DNA of 63,045 nucleotides, the filler included, from Chiloscyllium plagiosum (taxonomy: Eukaryota): the NCBI RefSeq assembly GCF_004010195.1. It is 3 parts of one record of this genome, joined end to end, with 100 filler letters (N's around TTAATTAATTAA, not from the genome) between each part and the next. Parts side by side here need not be neighbours in the genome. Positions count along the whole stretch, not along the records: positions 1 to 26,864 come from NC_057717.1; 2 more parts are not named here. One strand, written 5' to 3'. The notes beneath the pieces were generated by a model, which saw only the letters and a list, made by a program, of their open reading frames with translations, was not told where the DNA came from and made no database searches. Position numbers and translations under genes: made by a program. Every line of letters starts with the position of its first letter. Positions within the stretch are counted from its first letter, which is position 1. Of this stretch, positions 1 through 12,419 are shown in pieces.

Positions 1-1420
1 CATTCCTTGTTTCAGTTCTTTCCAGCCCCCACTCACAACTGTTTCTCTGATACGTAGATGATATCTGAGCTGTTGCACCTCTCTCTTGTCCAGAATTGGA
101 AAAGTTCATCGTTTCCAATTTTCACTCCTCCCTCATTTTCACCTGGTCTATCTCTGACTCCTCCCTTTCTTTTCTCGTCATCACTGCTTCTATTTCTGGG
201 GATAGGCGGGTCACTGATATCCAGTATTAAGCCATCGAATCCCACAGCGACCTGGAGTATACACTCTCGCACCCTGTTTCCTGCAAAGACTCCATTCCAT
301 TCCCCCAGTTCCTCCCTCTCAACCGCATTGCTTCTGATGATGTCAACTGCAGGAATGTGGCCTCTGAAATGTCCACCTTCGTCCTCAACCGAGAATTGCC
401 CGGCACTTTTGCAAACAGGGCCCTCAACCACTTCTGACCCACCTCCTGCAAACCTACCCTCACCCTCTCTCCTCCCTCCTGCAACAGCGTTAGAATTCCC
501 CTTGTCCTTACCTACCGTCCCACCAGCATTCACATGCAGAAGATCATCAGTCTGCATTTTCCCCACCTCCAGCGAGATGCCACCACCAGACATATATTTT
601 CCTCCTCTCCCTTTTCTGCCTTCTGAAGTGATCATTTCCTCCAGGACACCCTTGTCCGCTCGAGATTCACTGCCAACATCTCCCCTCAATTCCCCACCGC
701 CCACCACATGTCCACCTCACTTACCCTGCCGGAGGTGTTACACTTTCCCATTTACCTCCTCCCTCCTCACTATCCAAGTGCCGAAACATACCTTCCAGGT
801 GAATCAATATCCTATCAACTTTTCCCACAATCCAGTCTACTCCATTCGCTGCTCACATTATGATTTGCTCTACATTGAGAAACTAAAGGTAGACTGGGTG
901 AACACTTCACAGAATATCCAAGCTGTACCTATGCAAAAGACCCCGATTTTCCAGTTGCCTGCCAGTTTAATATCCCATCCTGTTCCCTGGCCAATATCTC
1001 TGTGGCAGGCTTGCTGCAGTGTTCCAGGACATTTCAACGCAAGCTGGAAGTATAACACCTCATTTTCCGTGGGCGGACCTTGCAGCCCTTCAGTCTCAAA
1101 ATAATGTTCAATAATTTTAGGGACTGAACTCCTCAATGCCCCCTACCCATACCACCAGACCGAGTACTCACTTAGCCTTCCATTACTCACCGCCTATTTT
1201 AAGCTACTAACAGTCTCCATTAACAGCTATTCAGCCTCTTCTGTATATAAATCAACATTTTCAGGGCTACCATCCGTTCTGAGGAAGGGCCACTGGACTA
1301 GAAACTTTAATTCTGGTTTCTCTGCAGAGGCTACTAGACTCTAAACGTCAGCTCTTTTCTCTCCTTACAGATGCTGCCAGACCTGCTGAGATTTTCCAGC
1401 ATTTTCTCTTCTGGTTACAA
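1..1420 (+). mobile_element. Penelope-like retroelement, decayed 3' part (RT C-terminus, GIY-YIG, 3' terminal repeat)
   Basis: VYSIRCSHYDLLYIE at ~835-880 matches the PLE GIY-YIG pattern VVYCIRCxxCGLLYIGET; LEEQHLIF-like motif follows; tail ..cagatgctgccagacctgctgag; frameshifted. Confidence 0.85.
1279..1309 (+). ncRNA. Degenerate minimal hammerhead ribozyme motif in PLE terminal repeat (mirror copy 21421-21450, - strand)
   Basis: CTGAGGA-AGGGCCACTGGACTA-GAAA; core boxes present, helix II damaged. Confidence 0.5.
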
Positions 1421-4107
1421 ATTACTCGAGATTCAACTGAGTAGCAGCTTTGTTTGTGTCGTTCAGATCAGTCAATTTGTCACAGTTGAGAAAGAAAAAA
1501 ATCGATAGAGGGAAACTCAGCAGTTCTGGCACTCTCTGAGCAGAGGTACACAGAATTAACCTTTGATTCCAATATGACTTATTCAGAACAGTGTCACATC
1601 ATATTCGAAATATTAACTTTGTTTCTCTCTGCAGATGCTTCCTCATCTGTTGCGCTTCTCCATCATTTTTATTTGTCTTTCATGTTTCCGTATCACTATA
1701 TTTCATGCGTCTTGACAGGGCGACATGCTGAATTTGATTATATATGGACAATGTAGTCCTTTCCTTTTCCTATTATCGCTGGTGTGTCTGTGACACCTGT
1801 GTAACGGCCGAAATCTGTTTCTTCTTTAAGATTCAAAGGAAAAAGAATATTTTTCTGATTAAACTGTAAATCTCAGGAACGCCACTTTGTTTGAAAAGAC
1901 ATTTCAGAGGCAGCTGAAATTTCATGAGATAACATGAATAATGTATTGATGGTGGAACACTCTGTGTCCTTCGTTGAACCGGCTTGTCTACCCCCTCTCC
2001 AAAGTCTTTGATTACATAACACAGAATTATTTACAGCAAAAGTGGGGGCATCTCTGCCCATTGTCTCTTCCACCTTGGAACGACTATATCTCTCCTTTTT
2101 GTCTCCTGTACTGTCCTCATAGCCCTCCACATTTTGATATTAGTGTCTGCTTTTAATTTTAAGTATCCTGCCAGATATGGACAATACGATCAAACTCAAA
2201 CAAAACAAAACAGAACTTAGAGGGCATGCTCAGCAGGTCTGACAGTACCTGTGAAGAGAACTCAAGGTCAATGTTTCTGGTCCAGTGATCCTACTCAATC
2301 TGTATTCCCAATGATTAAATGGTGTGTATATAAAATATAGTTCACTTTATCACAATTAAAATGATCCTGTTCATTCACTTTGTCATTCAACATTGCACTT
2401 CCCAAATGTTGGCTGTTTCCTTGTTGTGCATTACATTTAATTCTGTCTGGCAGAAAGAATGATGATGACTGGGGAATATCATTGTACTCCTCATGCAGTC
2501 TCCACAGCCACTATCCCCATTCTGTCCTATCTCCCAGCTAATGTCATGTTCATTCGAAACTGACTTATTAATTCATAAGTCTTAATGAATAAGTTCATTG
2601 TAATTATCACTTTTGGTTTTGGACTGAGGACAAAATGCGTTAAAATACGATTTTATAGCAAATAAAACTGCATTTAGAAGTTTGTCAATTTGTATAAATA
2701 AATTATTGAAGCATATTCCCTAAAGAAGTTCCAAAGTTGCCTTATTAGAGCAGTGAGAGGAACATTCAGAGAAGTCCACACTTCCTGTCAATATTCAGGG
2801 TAAATGTGCCCAGTAACAGTGTGTTGACTGGCGTTTGTTCCCGTGGAGGAGAGAACAGCACAGTAACAACATCCTGGTTGTATTTCTTTTGGGGGGTGGA
2901 TGGATTTGGGGAGACATGGTTACAGCATAGTAAACGGACAACAGAGCAGAATGATCTAGCCTACGAAAAGATAACATCCATCATTCTCCCTCACAACTGA
3001 CTTCACTAGAGCTATTGGTGATGGGAGATTTGACCAATAGCCAGCAATGTCAACATGTAGTCAAGTCCAGTCATATTGTGAACTGAATGTGCTGGATTGA
3101 ATGTTGGGACTGATTGCTCAGTGACTATGATTAATGTCAGTCTCCATGCAATATAAATGTGTCACTGGAGGGTTTCCCTCTCCTATAGGTGAAGGGCTTC
3201 ATTCAGTGCGCTATCCCAATGTAGTAGCAGATGCATCAATTCCAACAGTAGCAGAGATCAACAGCTGCGTAGACAGAGAGAGGACAGATCTGAATCTGAG
3301 AATAGCGGACTGGAACATTACAACGATGGAGAGGAGGTTTTTCTTGAGTATTTTCAAGATTTCTCCCTGTTGCGAATTACTACCATATCGGATATTAGCA
3401 GTGCTTATGATTATTCTGGGCGGGGTGGAGGGTGTGCTACTAACCTATTATCGCTATTGTTGGTGCTCTCTGCCTCTGTCCATTCATTAATCCCGCAAAC
3501 AAGTTTGAACCTCGTTGCAATTCCTGTTATCTATATTTGTCAGAGAAAGAATCTACTGTCTTCAGTTTTAATTGCAGTCTCCATTCATTATCTATGAATT
3601 GCCGACCATTCCCTCACACACATCTGAGAACAAAACTGTGCAAAACCTCGAGATCCCTTTTTGCCCTGAACTGATTTATGTCTCGTGATCTCTCTGTCAC
3701 CAAACCTGTCCACTCACAGCTCCTAATATCCCCAATCTTCATCTCTGCGTCAGTGCTGTGGCTGAGCAATCCGTTGCCTACACTTTGGTAAAATTCAGAC
3801 TTAATGTTTCAAGGTCTCTTCTGACCACTTTTTCGATTACAAATATTTCAATCATAAAATTGTTCTTGTCTAGGACGTTACTACATGATTAGGACAATAT
3901 ATAAATGTAGGAATGTCGCTGGATGTAATTCAGGAGCAAAGCTTATTAAACGGAAGATATCGTTTCAAGTGATTTGTTTCAATTCCACCACGGCTGATGA
4001 CAGAACTTCAATAAAACTGATAAGAATTAGAATAAAAGTGAATTGCACAAAAACAAACATAAAAGCAACATTTTGTCTGAAAACCTTCCCGTTTCACTGA
4101 TCACCTT

Positions 4108-4280
4108 CGGTAAAGAAAACTAATGTTATTACCCGGTCTGGGTTAAGTGAGACTTCACACCCATGACAATATGCTTTACTTTATATTGGCTTGTAGAATG
4201 GCCTCGGAGTCAGGGCAATTCGTGATGGTCACCAAATGCTGCCCTTGGCAGAGATGCCAACGTCCCACGAAATAACAAAA
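4108..4280 (+). mobile_element. 3' half of tRNA-headed SINE (mirror copy ~18490-18655, -)
   Basis: Matches body and tail of copies at 48640, 50940 and 58995 (gggcaattcgtgatggtcaccaaatgctg...cgtcccacgaaataacaaaa). Confidence 0.65.
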
Positions 4281-5009
4281 TTGAAGGTGAAATCAAATAA
4301 AGGAAGATGCTGAAAATCTGACATTATACAAGATAATGCAAAGAAACAAACAGAAAGTGCTGGGGAACTTTCCTGAACAGAAAGCATCTGGAAAGGAGTG
4401 TGATTAATACCATTGACAGGGAAGTCTGCTTTGAAAGGGAGGAGGAATCAATAGGAATCAATAGGAATCAATGGGATCAATAGAAGGATATAGAAGAAAA
4501 AGAGCAAACAAAGAGAATTATGATCAGCTGTGCTGGAAATAAAATGTGTGATTCACCTCATTTATTTTTCGCCATTCCCATCTTCCTGAATATCATGCCC
4601 ATGTACATACAGGTATTCCCCGCTTTTCAAAAGTTCGCTTTTCACCTCTTCCCTTTCCGAATGACCTACATTACTGCCTTGTTTCGCTAACCAAAGAAAA
4701 TCCATAGAGTATTTTCACTTTTACGAAGAAAGGCGAAATTTTTCCCATATAAATTAGTGCTACTGCACTTTACACCATATCAGCTCGCGAACGATTTCTT
4801 TCAGATAGCGAGGGAAACTTGTATTTGTCTAAGTCCATGTTTAAAGCGATTTGATTTCCCCTGTCAGTATTCCCTGAGTGTGGTCACCTTCTTATATTTG
4901 TTAACGGGATATGGGTATCTCTGACTGGGCCAACAGTAGTTCATTTTCACAGTTGCTCTTGAGAAGATCTTGAGCCACTGCAGTCCACATGATTGATCTG
5001 ATTTGATTT

Positions 5010-5480
5010 GATTTATTTCAGTCAAATGTACAATGGAAAGGTTTGTTTTGCAAGTAGTGCAGGCACATGGTAGTAAACAAGAAAGCAGAGATCTTGGGGT
5101 ACTTACACAGAGTGAGGCATCCAGCTTCATATGAGGCGAACAAAGCAAAATCGACATTAACAAGATTAATATTATTTGAAAAGTTAGATATGTCAATTCG
5201 TCAGTCTAATTATGGAGGGTAGGAAGTGTTCCTGAGCATGCTGGTCCATGTTTTCAAGCCTCTGTGTCTCCTCCCTATTGGAAGAGGTTTTAGGAGATCA
5301 TTACCGGTTTGGGAGAAATCTTTGATGTTGCCAGCCTTTCTGTGACAATGACTAGTATAAATGACGGAAGGTGGTCTTCCGTGATAGGCTGGGCTGTGCA
5401 CACAACCGTCTGTAGTTTCTTATGGTCCTGGGCAGAGCAGTTACCATGTCAGACTATTATGCACGTGAATAGAATGATTT
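5010..5480 (-). mobile_element. Rex1/Babar LINE 3' fragment (mirror ~17310-17790, +)
   Basis: HCHRKAGNIKD..LPIGRRHRGLKTWTSMLRNTSYP resembles the Rex1 C-terminal LPSGRRYRSxxxRTSRFxNSFFP motif; (gattt)n tail. Confidence 0.75.
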
Positions 5481-5724
5481 CAGTTGCCAGTGTACGGAAC
5501 ATTGGGAGACGGATTGTTCCAAAATAGTTAATAAAATAGATGTAACAATTGGCTGTTAAATGGATACCCATGTTTTGGTTGCTGTTTTGACAACAATTGT
5601 AATTTAACCATTAATTTTAAATTATGTCTTCGATACCAAAACCCAGGTGAGTTAATTGTATTGCCAACATTGAACCAATGAGCCATCACCTGCTTCAAAC
5701 GAATGGAGAAGCCATCACCATCAC

Positions 5725-6000
5725 AACGAGGGAGAAAGAGACAGAAACAAAGGGAAGGAGAGAGAGAACACAGCGAGGGAAACAGATGGACAGTCAGTCA
5801 AAGAGAGAACGGAAACAAAACAAGGAAACAAACCGTCACATGGACAGGGAGCAGGGAAGATAGTCGTTTCAGGGAAAGAAACAGAAGGCAGGGAAAAGGA
5901 AAACACAGGGAAACAGACGGTGTGAGAGACACAGTGAGAGACAAAGGACACGGGGAGCTGGGGATGGGGTCACAGGGAATTGGGGGGGATGGGTGAAGCT
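5725..6000. repeat. GA-rich low-complexity tract
   Basis: Purine-rich gagagacag-type runs; longer than in the mirror arm. Confidence 0.8.
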
Positions 6001-6079
6001 GGGGGTGAGGTGCAGAGAGACCTGGGCGTGAGCACTGGAGGGAGCTGGGAGGAGGGAGGTGAGGAATTATTTTGACCTG

Positions 6080-6372
6080 TAACAAGATGTCCAGGCATAT
6101 CATAGTAAGCAAGGATGTACAGAACGATGGGTGTAAAACATGTCTGAGAGACATATAGGTTACGCTGCACAGCGCATGCGCTAGGCGAGATCAACATGAA
6201 CAAGATCAACGTTATCTAAGATTAGAGAGCCCATTCATCAGTCTCACAACAGTCAGGAAGAAGCTGTTACTGAACCAGCTGCTCTGTGTTTTCAAGCTTC
6301 TGTATCTTTTAGCCTCATTGAAGAGGTTGTGGGAGATCTTTACAGGCATGTGATGGGTCGTTGGTAATGTTA
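6080..6372 (-). mobile_element. Rex1/Babar 3' end (mirror of 16490-16790)
   Basis: KRYRSLKTQSSWFSNSFFLTVVRLMN in ORF 6212..6406. Confidence 0.8.
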
Positions 6373-7055
6373 GAACAAGGAGCATTTGAGTACAGGAACA
6401 GGCCATTCGGCAGTTAAAGCTTGCGCCGACCAGATCTTCCGTCTAATTCCGTCGCTTATTTTCTCAGGGTCTTTATCACTTTGCTCCCTGCCCATTCATG
6501 TATCGTTCTGGAAACATCTTAAATGGAGCACCACTGGTCACAGTTCTCCATTTTGAGAAACTGCCTTCCCCTACCACGCTCTGTACCTTGTTGCCCAGCC
6601 AGTTCTTTATCCATGTAGCTAACACACCCTGGACACCATGTGACTTCACTTACTCCGTAAGCCGAGCATGGGAAAACATATTGAACGCTTTCCTGAAATC
6701 CATATACATGACATCTACAGCCCCTCCCTCATCAATCAACTTTGTCACTTCCTCAAAGAATTCTATTAAGTTGGTAAGACATGAGCTTCCCCGCACATAA
6801 CCATCTTGCCTATCACTGATAAGACCATTTTCATCCAAATGAGAATGGACCCTATCCCTCAGTATCTTCTATAGCAGCTCCCAACCCCTGATGACAGGCT
6901 CACTGGTCGATAATTAACTGGATTATTCATGCTACCCTATTTAAACAACAACTTTCTAGTCATCCGGGACCTCAGTTGTGTTCAAGGATGCTACAAAGAT
7001 ATCTGTTCATGCCCCAACTATTTCCTCTTCCCCTTCACTCAGTAATCTTGGATAG
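6373..7055 (-). mobile_element. CR1 fragment, internally deleted (mirror of 15806-16489)
   Basis: SCLTNLIEFFEEVTKLIDEGGAVDVMYMDFRKAF in ORF 6650..6838. Confidence 0.9.
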
Positions 7056-7313
7056 CGGTGGAGCTTCTCCTCAAAACGAAGATGAAGGAAGCTAGAGTCA
7101 AGCTCAGCTCTAGAGGATTACAGGCAGGCGAGGAAAGAGCTCAAAAATGGTCTTAGGAGAGCCAGGAGGGGGCAAGAGAAAAGCTTAGCAGATCGTAATA
7201 CGGAGAACACAAAAGCATTTTATATTTATGTGAGGAATAAGAAAATGGTCAATGAAAGAGTAGGGCCGATTAGGGAGACGATAGGGAACTTGTGTGTGGA
7301 GTCCGAGGAGGTA
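7056..7313 (+). mobile_element. CR1 ORF2 fragment running into the gap (mirror of 15531-15805)
   Basis: ENTKAFYIYVRNKKMVNERVGPI. Confidence 0.9.
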
Positions 7314-7813
7314 NNNNNNNNNNNNNNNNNNNNNNNNNNNNNNNNNNNNNNNNNNNNNNNNNNNNNNNNNNNNNNNNNNNNNNNNNNNNNNNNNNNNNNN
7401 NNNNNNNNNNNNNNNNNNNNNNNNNNNNNNNNNNNNNNNNNNNNNNNNNNNNNNNNNNNNNNNNNNNNNNNNNNNNNNNNNNNNNNNNNNNNNNNNNNNN
7501 NNNNNNNNNNNNNNNNNNNNNNNNNNNNNNNNNNNNNNNNNNNNNNNNNNNNNNNNNNNNNNNNNNNNNNNNNNNNNNNNNNNNNNNNNNNNNNNNNNNN
7601 NNNNNNNNNNNNNNNNNNNNNNNNNNNNNNNNNNNNNNNNNNNNNNNNNNNNNNNNNNNNNNNNNNNNNNNNNNNNNNNNNNNNNNNNNNNNNNNNNNNN
7701 NNNNNNNNNNNNNNNNNNNNNNNNNNNNNNNNNNNNNNNNNNNNNNNNNNNNNNNNNNNNNNNNNNNNNNNNNNNNNNNNNNNNNNNNNNNNNNNNNNNN
7801 NNNNNNNNNNNNN
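7314..7813. other. Assembly gap, 500 N
   Basis: Exactly 500 N; the round number suggests a scaffolding gap of unknown true size. Confidence 0.99.
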
Positions 7814-8234
7814 CTCTCTTCACTTTCTTTCTCCCTGTTTATTTCTCTCTCTCTCAATTTATCTCCACATACTCTCTCTAGCTCCAATTGTGCCGTTGAC
7901 GAGTTTGTGACCCCACGATGGGCTGACTGACTCCCATTTGTGCTATGATAAATCCACAATAAGTACTTTCGGTATCTGGACAGACACGCTGGTCCAGTGA
8001 CAGGTACAGTGCACAATTACCATTATCTCTTCATGTTCTTCTCTGATGTGCAGCTGCCTTGACATGTCTATTCAAACAAAACAGACTGAATGAAATTCGA
8101 GCAGTTGGGATGACTTTCATCACCATGTATTTCAATCAGGATTTACTGAAGGATGAGGTTCCACAATATCATAACAATGATAGAAAAACAGGACAACACA
8201 ATGAATAACAGTTGAATACAACATGCGGTTCCAA

Positions 8235-10998
8235 GTAGGCTCCATGGTATTACCGCGAGATTATCAATCCAGAACATCAGCAACTGTCCTGCGGACCGAG
8301 GTTCGAATCCTGCCACTGCAGATGTTGAAAATTCAATTCAATAATTTTAAAATATCCCTGGAATTAAGAATCTATCTATGAGAATGAAATCGTTGCCGAT
8401 TGTCAGAAAAATCCATCTGGGTCACTGATATCCTTCAATGAAGGAATTTTCCATTCCTCATTTGGACTGGCCGACCATTGACTCCAGACCGAAAGCAATG
8501 TGATTGACTCTCAATCGCCCTCTGAAATGGTTTAGTGAGTCAGTCAGATGTGCTACAAAATCTCAAAGAAATGAAACCGGATGTATTGGCCTGGATTCCG
8601 GAAAAGTGAACGTTAGAAACATCATTGTCGAACCTGCAAAGTCCTCTTTACTAATAATGAGTACTTGTGCCAAAATTGGGACAACTGTTTTACAGACCAA
8701 GCAAGCAACAGCCTGACATAGGCATACTCACGGCATTTTACCTTACAGATATAACCCAGACAGCACCATCACCATCCCTGGATATGTCTTGTCCCAAAGG
8801 CAGGAACGATCCGCCACAGGAGGCAGCTCAGTGCGATAGAGTCGGGCGGTCAATGCTCTGGGAGTCCCTGTGACCTGTAACCTCATATCCCCAGCATATA
8901 CCCCACTCAACAATTACCATCAAGCAAGAGGATTAAACCTGGTTCAAAAGAGAGTGCAGGAGGGCAAGCCAGGAGCAGAACCAGGCAGACATAAAGATAA
9001 AATGTTAATCTGCTGAAACTTCCAAACAGAACTATTTGCATGCCAAATAGCATAAAATGCAAGGGACAGGCAGAGCTAAGCGATCCCAGAACCAACACAT
9101 CAGATCTAAGCTCTGCAGTCCTGCGAATCTGATCGTGGATGGTGGTGGACGATTGAACAACTCACCGGAGCAGGAAGCTCCACAAATATCCCCAACCTCA
9201 ATGATGGAGGAGCTCAGCACATCATTGCAAAGATAAGGCTGAGGATTTCACAGAATTCTTCACTCAGAAGTTTCGAGTGGATCATCCATTTCGGTCTCCT
9301 CCCGTGATCCCCATCATTACAGATAGCATCCTTCAGCAAATTCGATTGACTGATATCAAGAAACAGTTTCAGGCACTGGATACTGCAAAGGCTATGGGCC
9401 TTGATAACATGCTGACAATAGTCCTGAAGACTTGTGCTCCAGAACTTCCCGCTCCCCTAGCCGAGCTGTTCCAATATGGTTACTAACCAACAATGGGAAA
9501 AAAAAAACTGCTCAAGTGTGTTCTGTACATAAAAAAGCAGGACAAAGTCAACCCGGCCAAATACCACGTCATCAGTCTACTCCCCATTGTCAGTAAAGTG
9601 ATGGAAGGGGACATCAACTGTGCAATCAAGCCAGCACCTGCTCAGCAATACCTGCTCAGCGACACCCAGTTTGGGTTCCACCAGTGACACTCAACTCCTG
9701 ACCTCCTTACAGCCTTGGTTCAAACACAGAAGAAAGAGCTGAATTCCCGCCCTTGACATCAAGGCTACATTCTTTCAAACGTGGCTTCACGAAACCCGAG
9801 CAAAAACGGTATTGCGGGAAAATACTCCATTATTGAAGTCATACCTGATAGATAGGAAGGTGGTCATTGTTGTTGGAAGTCAGTCATCTCAGCTCCAGGA
9901 CATCTCTGCAGTAGTCCCTCAGGATAACATGGATGTAGGTTAGCTCGCTGAACTGGAAGTTGCATTATCAGACATTGCATCACCACACAAGACAACACCT
10001 TCAGTGACTCTCCGGATGAATCCTGGATCAAAGCATCTTCAGCTGCTTCATCAATGACCTTCCCCCTATCATAATGTCAGACGTGGGGATATTCGACAAT
10101 GACTGTACAATGTTCAGCACCATTCACAAATGCTCAGATACGAAGGAGTCCATGCGAAATGCAAGAAGATCTGTCCCTCTCCAGGCCTGGGCTGACAAGT
10201 GGCACGAAATAGTTGCACCACACAGATGCCAGACAATGACCATCACCAATAAGAAACAATATAACAACTTAGTATTTGCAGCATTATCATCACTCAATTC
10301 CCCACTATCAATATCCTGGGGGTTATAATTGATTAGAATCTCAACTCGACTCACCACATGAATGTAAGAGCAGATCAGAGGCTTGGAATACTGCGTGAGT
10401 AACTCACCTCCTGACTTCCTTAAACCTGTCGATCATCTAAAAGGCTCAAGTCAGGAATGAGATGGAATTCTCCCACTTGCCTGAATGAGTGCAGACCCAA
10501 CAAGACAAAAGAACCTTGACACCATCCAGGACAAAACAGTCCATTTGATTGGCATCACATCCACAAGTATTCACTCCCTTCACCGCCGTCGCTCAGTAGC
10601 AGAAGTGTGTACTATCTACAAGCAGTAGCAGAAGTGTGTACTATCTACAAGACACAATGCAGAAATTCCCCAAAGATCATCAGACAGAATCTTCCAATCC
10701 CATGAACAATTACATTAGAATGACAAGGGCAGCATACCTATGGAAATGTCACCACCTATAAATTCCCTTCCAAACCAATCAGCATCATTTTGTGGAAATA
10801 TATCTCCGTTCCTTCACTGTTACTGGTAAAAACCCGGGAATTCCCTCCTTCATAGCATTGTGAGTCAACACACCGCAGGTAGACTGCAGCGGTTCAAGAA
10901 GGCAGCTCAGCACCACTTTCATAAGGGGGCAATGAGGGGCGGACAAGAAATGGTAGGCCCATCCAGCGATGCCCGCATCCAAAAAAAGATTTTTTTTT
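8235..10998 (+). mobile_element. Decayed CR1/L2-group LINE with tRNA-like 5' head
   Basis: Box B GGTTCGAATCC at 8300-8310; endonuclease-like KLGQL..QQPDIGILT; RT motifs TAKAMGLDN..LKTCAPEL, NPAKYHVISLLPIVSKVME, IFDNDCTMF; 3' tail gggcaatgag..gatgcccgcatcc plus A/T run. Many stops and deletions. Confidence 0.8.
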
Positions 10999-11439
10999 AA
11001 ATAGTTCCAGTTGAGCATCTCGATGGGATAGGTTATCTGATTTGAGCATGAACAGGAAAGCAGTGTTTCTTATACAGAACATGATCGACGTTTCTGTTAT
11101 TAGAAGGGTGTTCAGTATTCGATGACTTATTGTTGCTGTGTGCTGTGATAAATTGCATCTGTTTTGTTAAATTCAACAATACTGGTGTAACAGGATCGAT
11201 CCTTTGAAAATACCAGTCTGAAAATGGCAATCATTTGAGAGACAGTGTACTCCCGCCAGATGAGACTCACACATAGCTGTGTATATTCAACGTTTAATAG
11301 AGTACTGGCCGACACTGAATCCTCCCATCGTCCATATCCCAGGGGTTCCCATTGAACAGAACGTGAAGTCAAATCAACATACAAATACAAGTGTTACAAG
11401 AGCTGCTCAGAGCCTTACAATTCTGCACTGAATAATAGA

Positions 11440-12085
11440 CCACATGACCATGAGAGCATGAGATATTGCTATCGATTGAGGCCATTCAGCCCAGTCCTTC
11501 TCTGGGAAATTGTGCCATTTTGTCATAGTCTCTATGACTAATGGATATATCTTCTATGCACTGACTGTCTCAATCTTTGCAGTAATCAATCAGTTTCTAT
11601 CAGATGCCTCGCCTCCCATTCTTCTAAATTCCATCGAGTACACACACTGCCGCTCATGACAAGCCACCATCCCCAGGATGGACCACCTCCAACACCAGCT
11701 GATCTTGCCCCAGAGATAGTGCCCAAAATAGCTCCCAATATTCCAAATGCTGTCTGACCATTACCCATTACACTCTCAGCGGCATGTCTCCTCTCTTGTA
11801 TTCTCGGTCCCTTGAAATGAATGCTAACATTGCATTTTCTTTCCTAACTGCCAACTGAACCTGCATAGTGTCTGCCTCTAGTCCGCCTACCAAAGTGTAT
11901 AATCTCACACGATCCCATACTGTATTCCATCAACCACGTGTTTGCCCACCGTTCTAAACTGTCCAAGCTTTTCTGCAGCCTCCTCACTTCATGAATATCG
12001 CCTGCCCATCCAACCATCACTGTATCATCTCCAAACTTAGCAAAAATGCTCTCAGGTCATTTGTTCAGGTGGTTCATGTAAATGG
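11440..12085 (-). mobile_element. Old CR1 3' fragment
   Basis: Decayed CR1 tail (gaggccattcagccc) and RT C-terminal pieces on the - strand. Confidence 0.6.
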
Positions 12086-12419
12086 CACTTCCTGACTCCC
12101 TAAGAACTGTCTACCATTGAAAAGGCACAGCACTCAAGGTGCTTGACTCCATTCAGTTTCAAGCAGTGAGTTGACTGGAATTACACCTGTAACATCTTCA
12201 CTCCTTGCACCACTGACACCCAGTAGGAGCACACCCTGCCTCCGAATTGTTGTGAATTACCCCGTTATGGCGACAAAGGACTTGTTGGCGCACAATCCCA
12301 ATCTAATGATGTCACTCTGTCTCAACATTAGCTGTGTGCTGCTCACAACAACAAATGTCACTGTGTGTTGTTGATGACGGAGGGAGATGGTGGAGGGAAT
12401 GTCTGTGATGGATGACTGT

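Larger units (their letters stand above)
1..7313. repeat. Left arm of inverted segmental duplication (partner 15531-22730)
   Basis: Mirror ORF pairs 870..1136(-)/21593..21877(+), 3134..3490(+)/19271..19621(-), 3885..4100(+)/18661..18876(-), 6650..6838(-)/16023..16388(+). Base 1 pairs with 22730 and 7313 with 15531. Unique DNA and identical TE junctions are shared. Confidence 0.97.

Noticed and set aside
58..1104. 348-aa ORF and overlapping 224-aa antisense ORF
   Set aside because: Mostly off-frame reading of a frameshifted Penelope element; the mirror copy does not keep the ORF.
2420..2500. LILSGRKNDD / TGEYHC resembling an Ig F-strand
   Set aside because: Needs a frameshift, is not kept in the mirror copy, and has no upstream Cys/Trp landmarks.
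7814..8010. Pyrimidine tract, AG and later AG/GTAC suggesting an exon
   Set aside because: Stops in all three frames, the tract is CT low-complexity next to a gap, and no recognisable protein.
7185..8016. Long ORFs containing X runs
   Set aside because: Artefacts of translating through the 500-N gap.
8240..8320. tRNA gene at the box B motif
   Set aside because: No cloverleaf; it is the head of a retroelement with several decayed copies.
10594..10651. Short perfect duplications (29 bp here, 36 bp at ~14182, 25 bp at ~35590)
   Set aside because: Ordinary local slippage duplications within dead LINEs.
11127..11390. 87-aa ORF in non-repeat DNA with a GTGAGT donor-like site
   Set aside because: No recognisable domain and no good acceptor.
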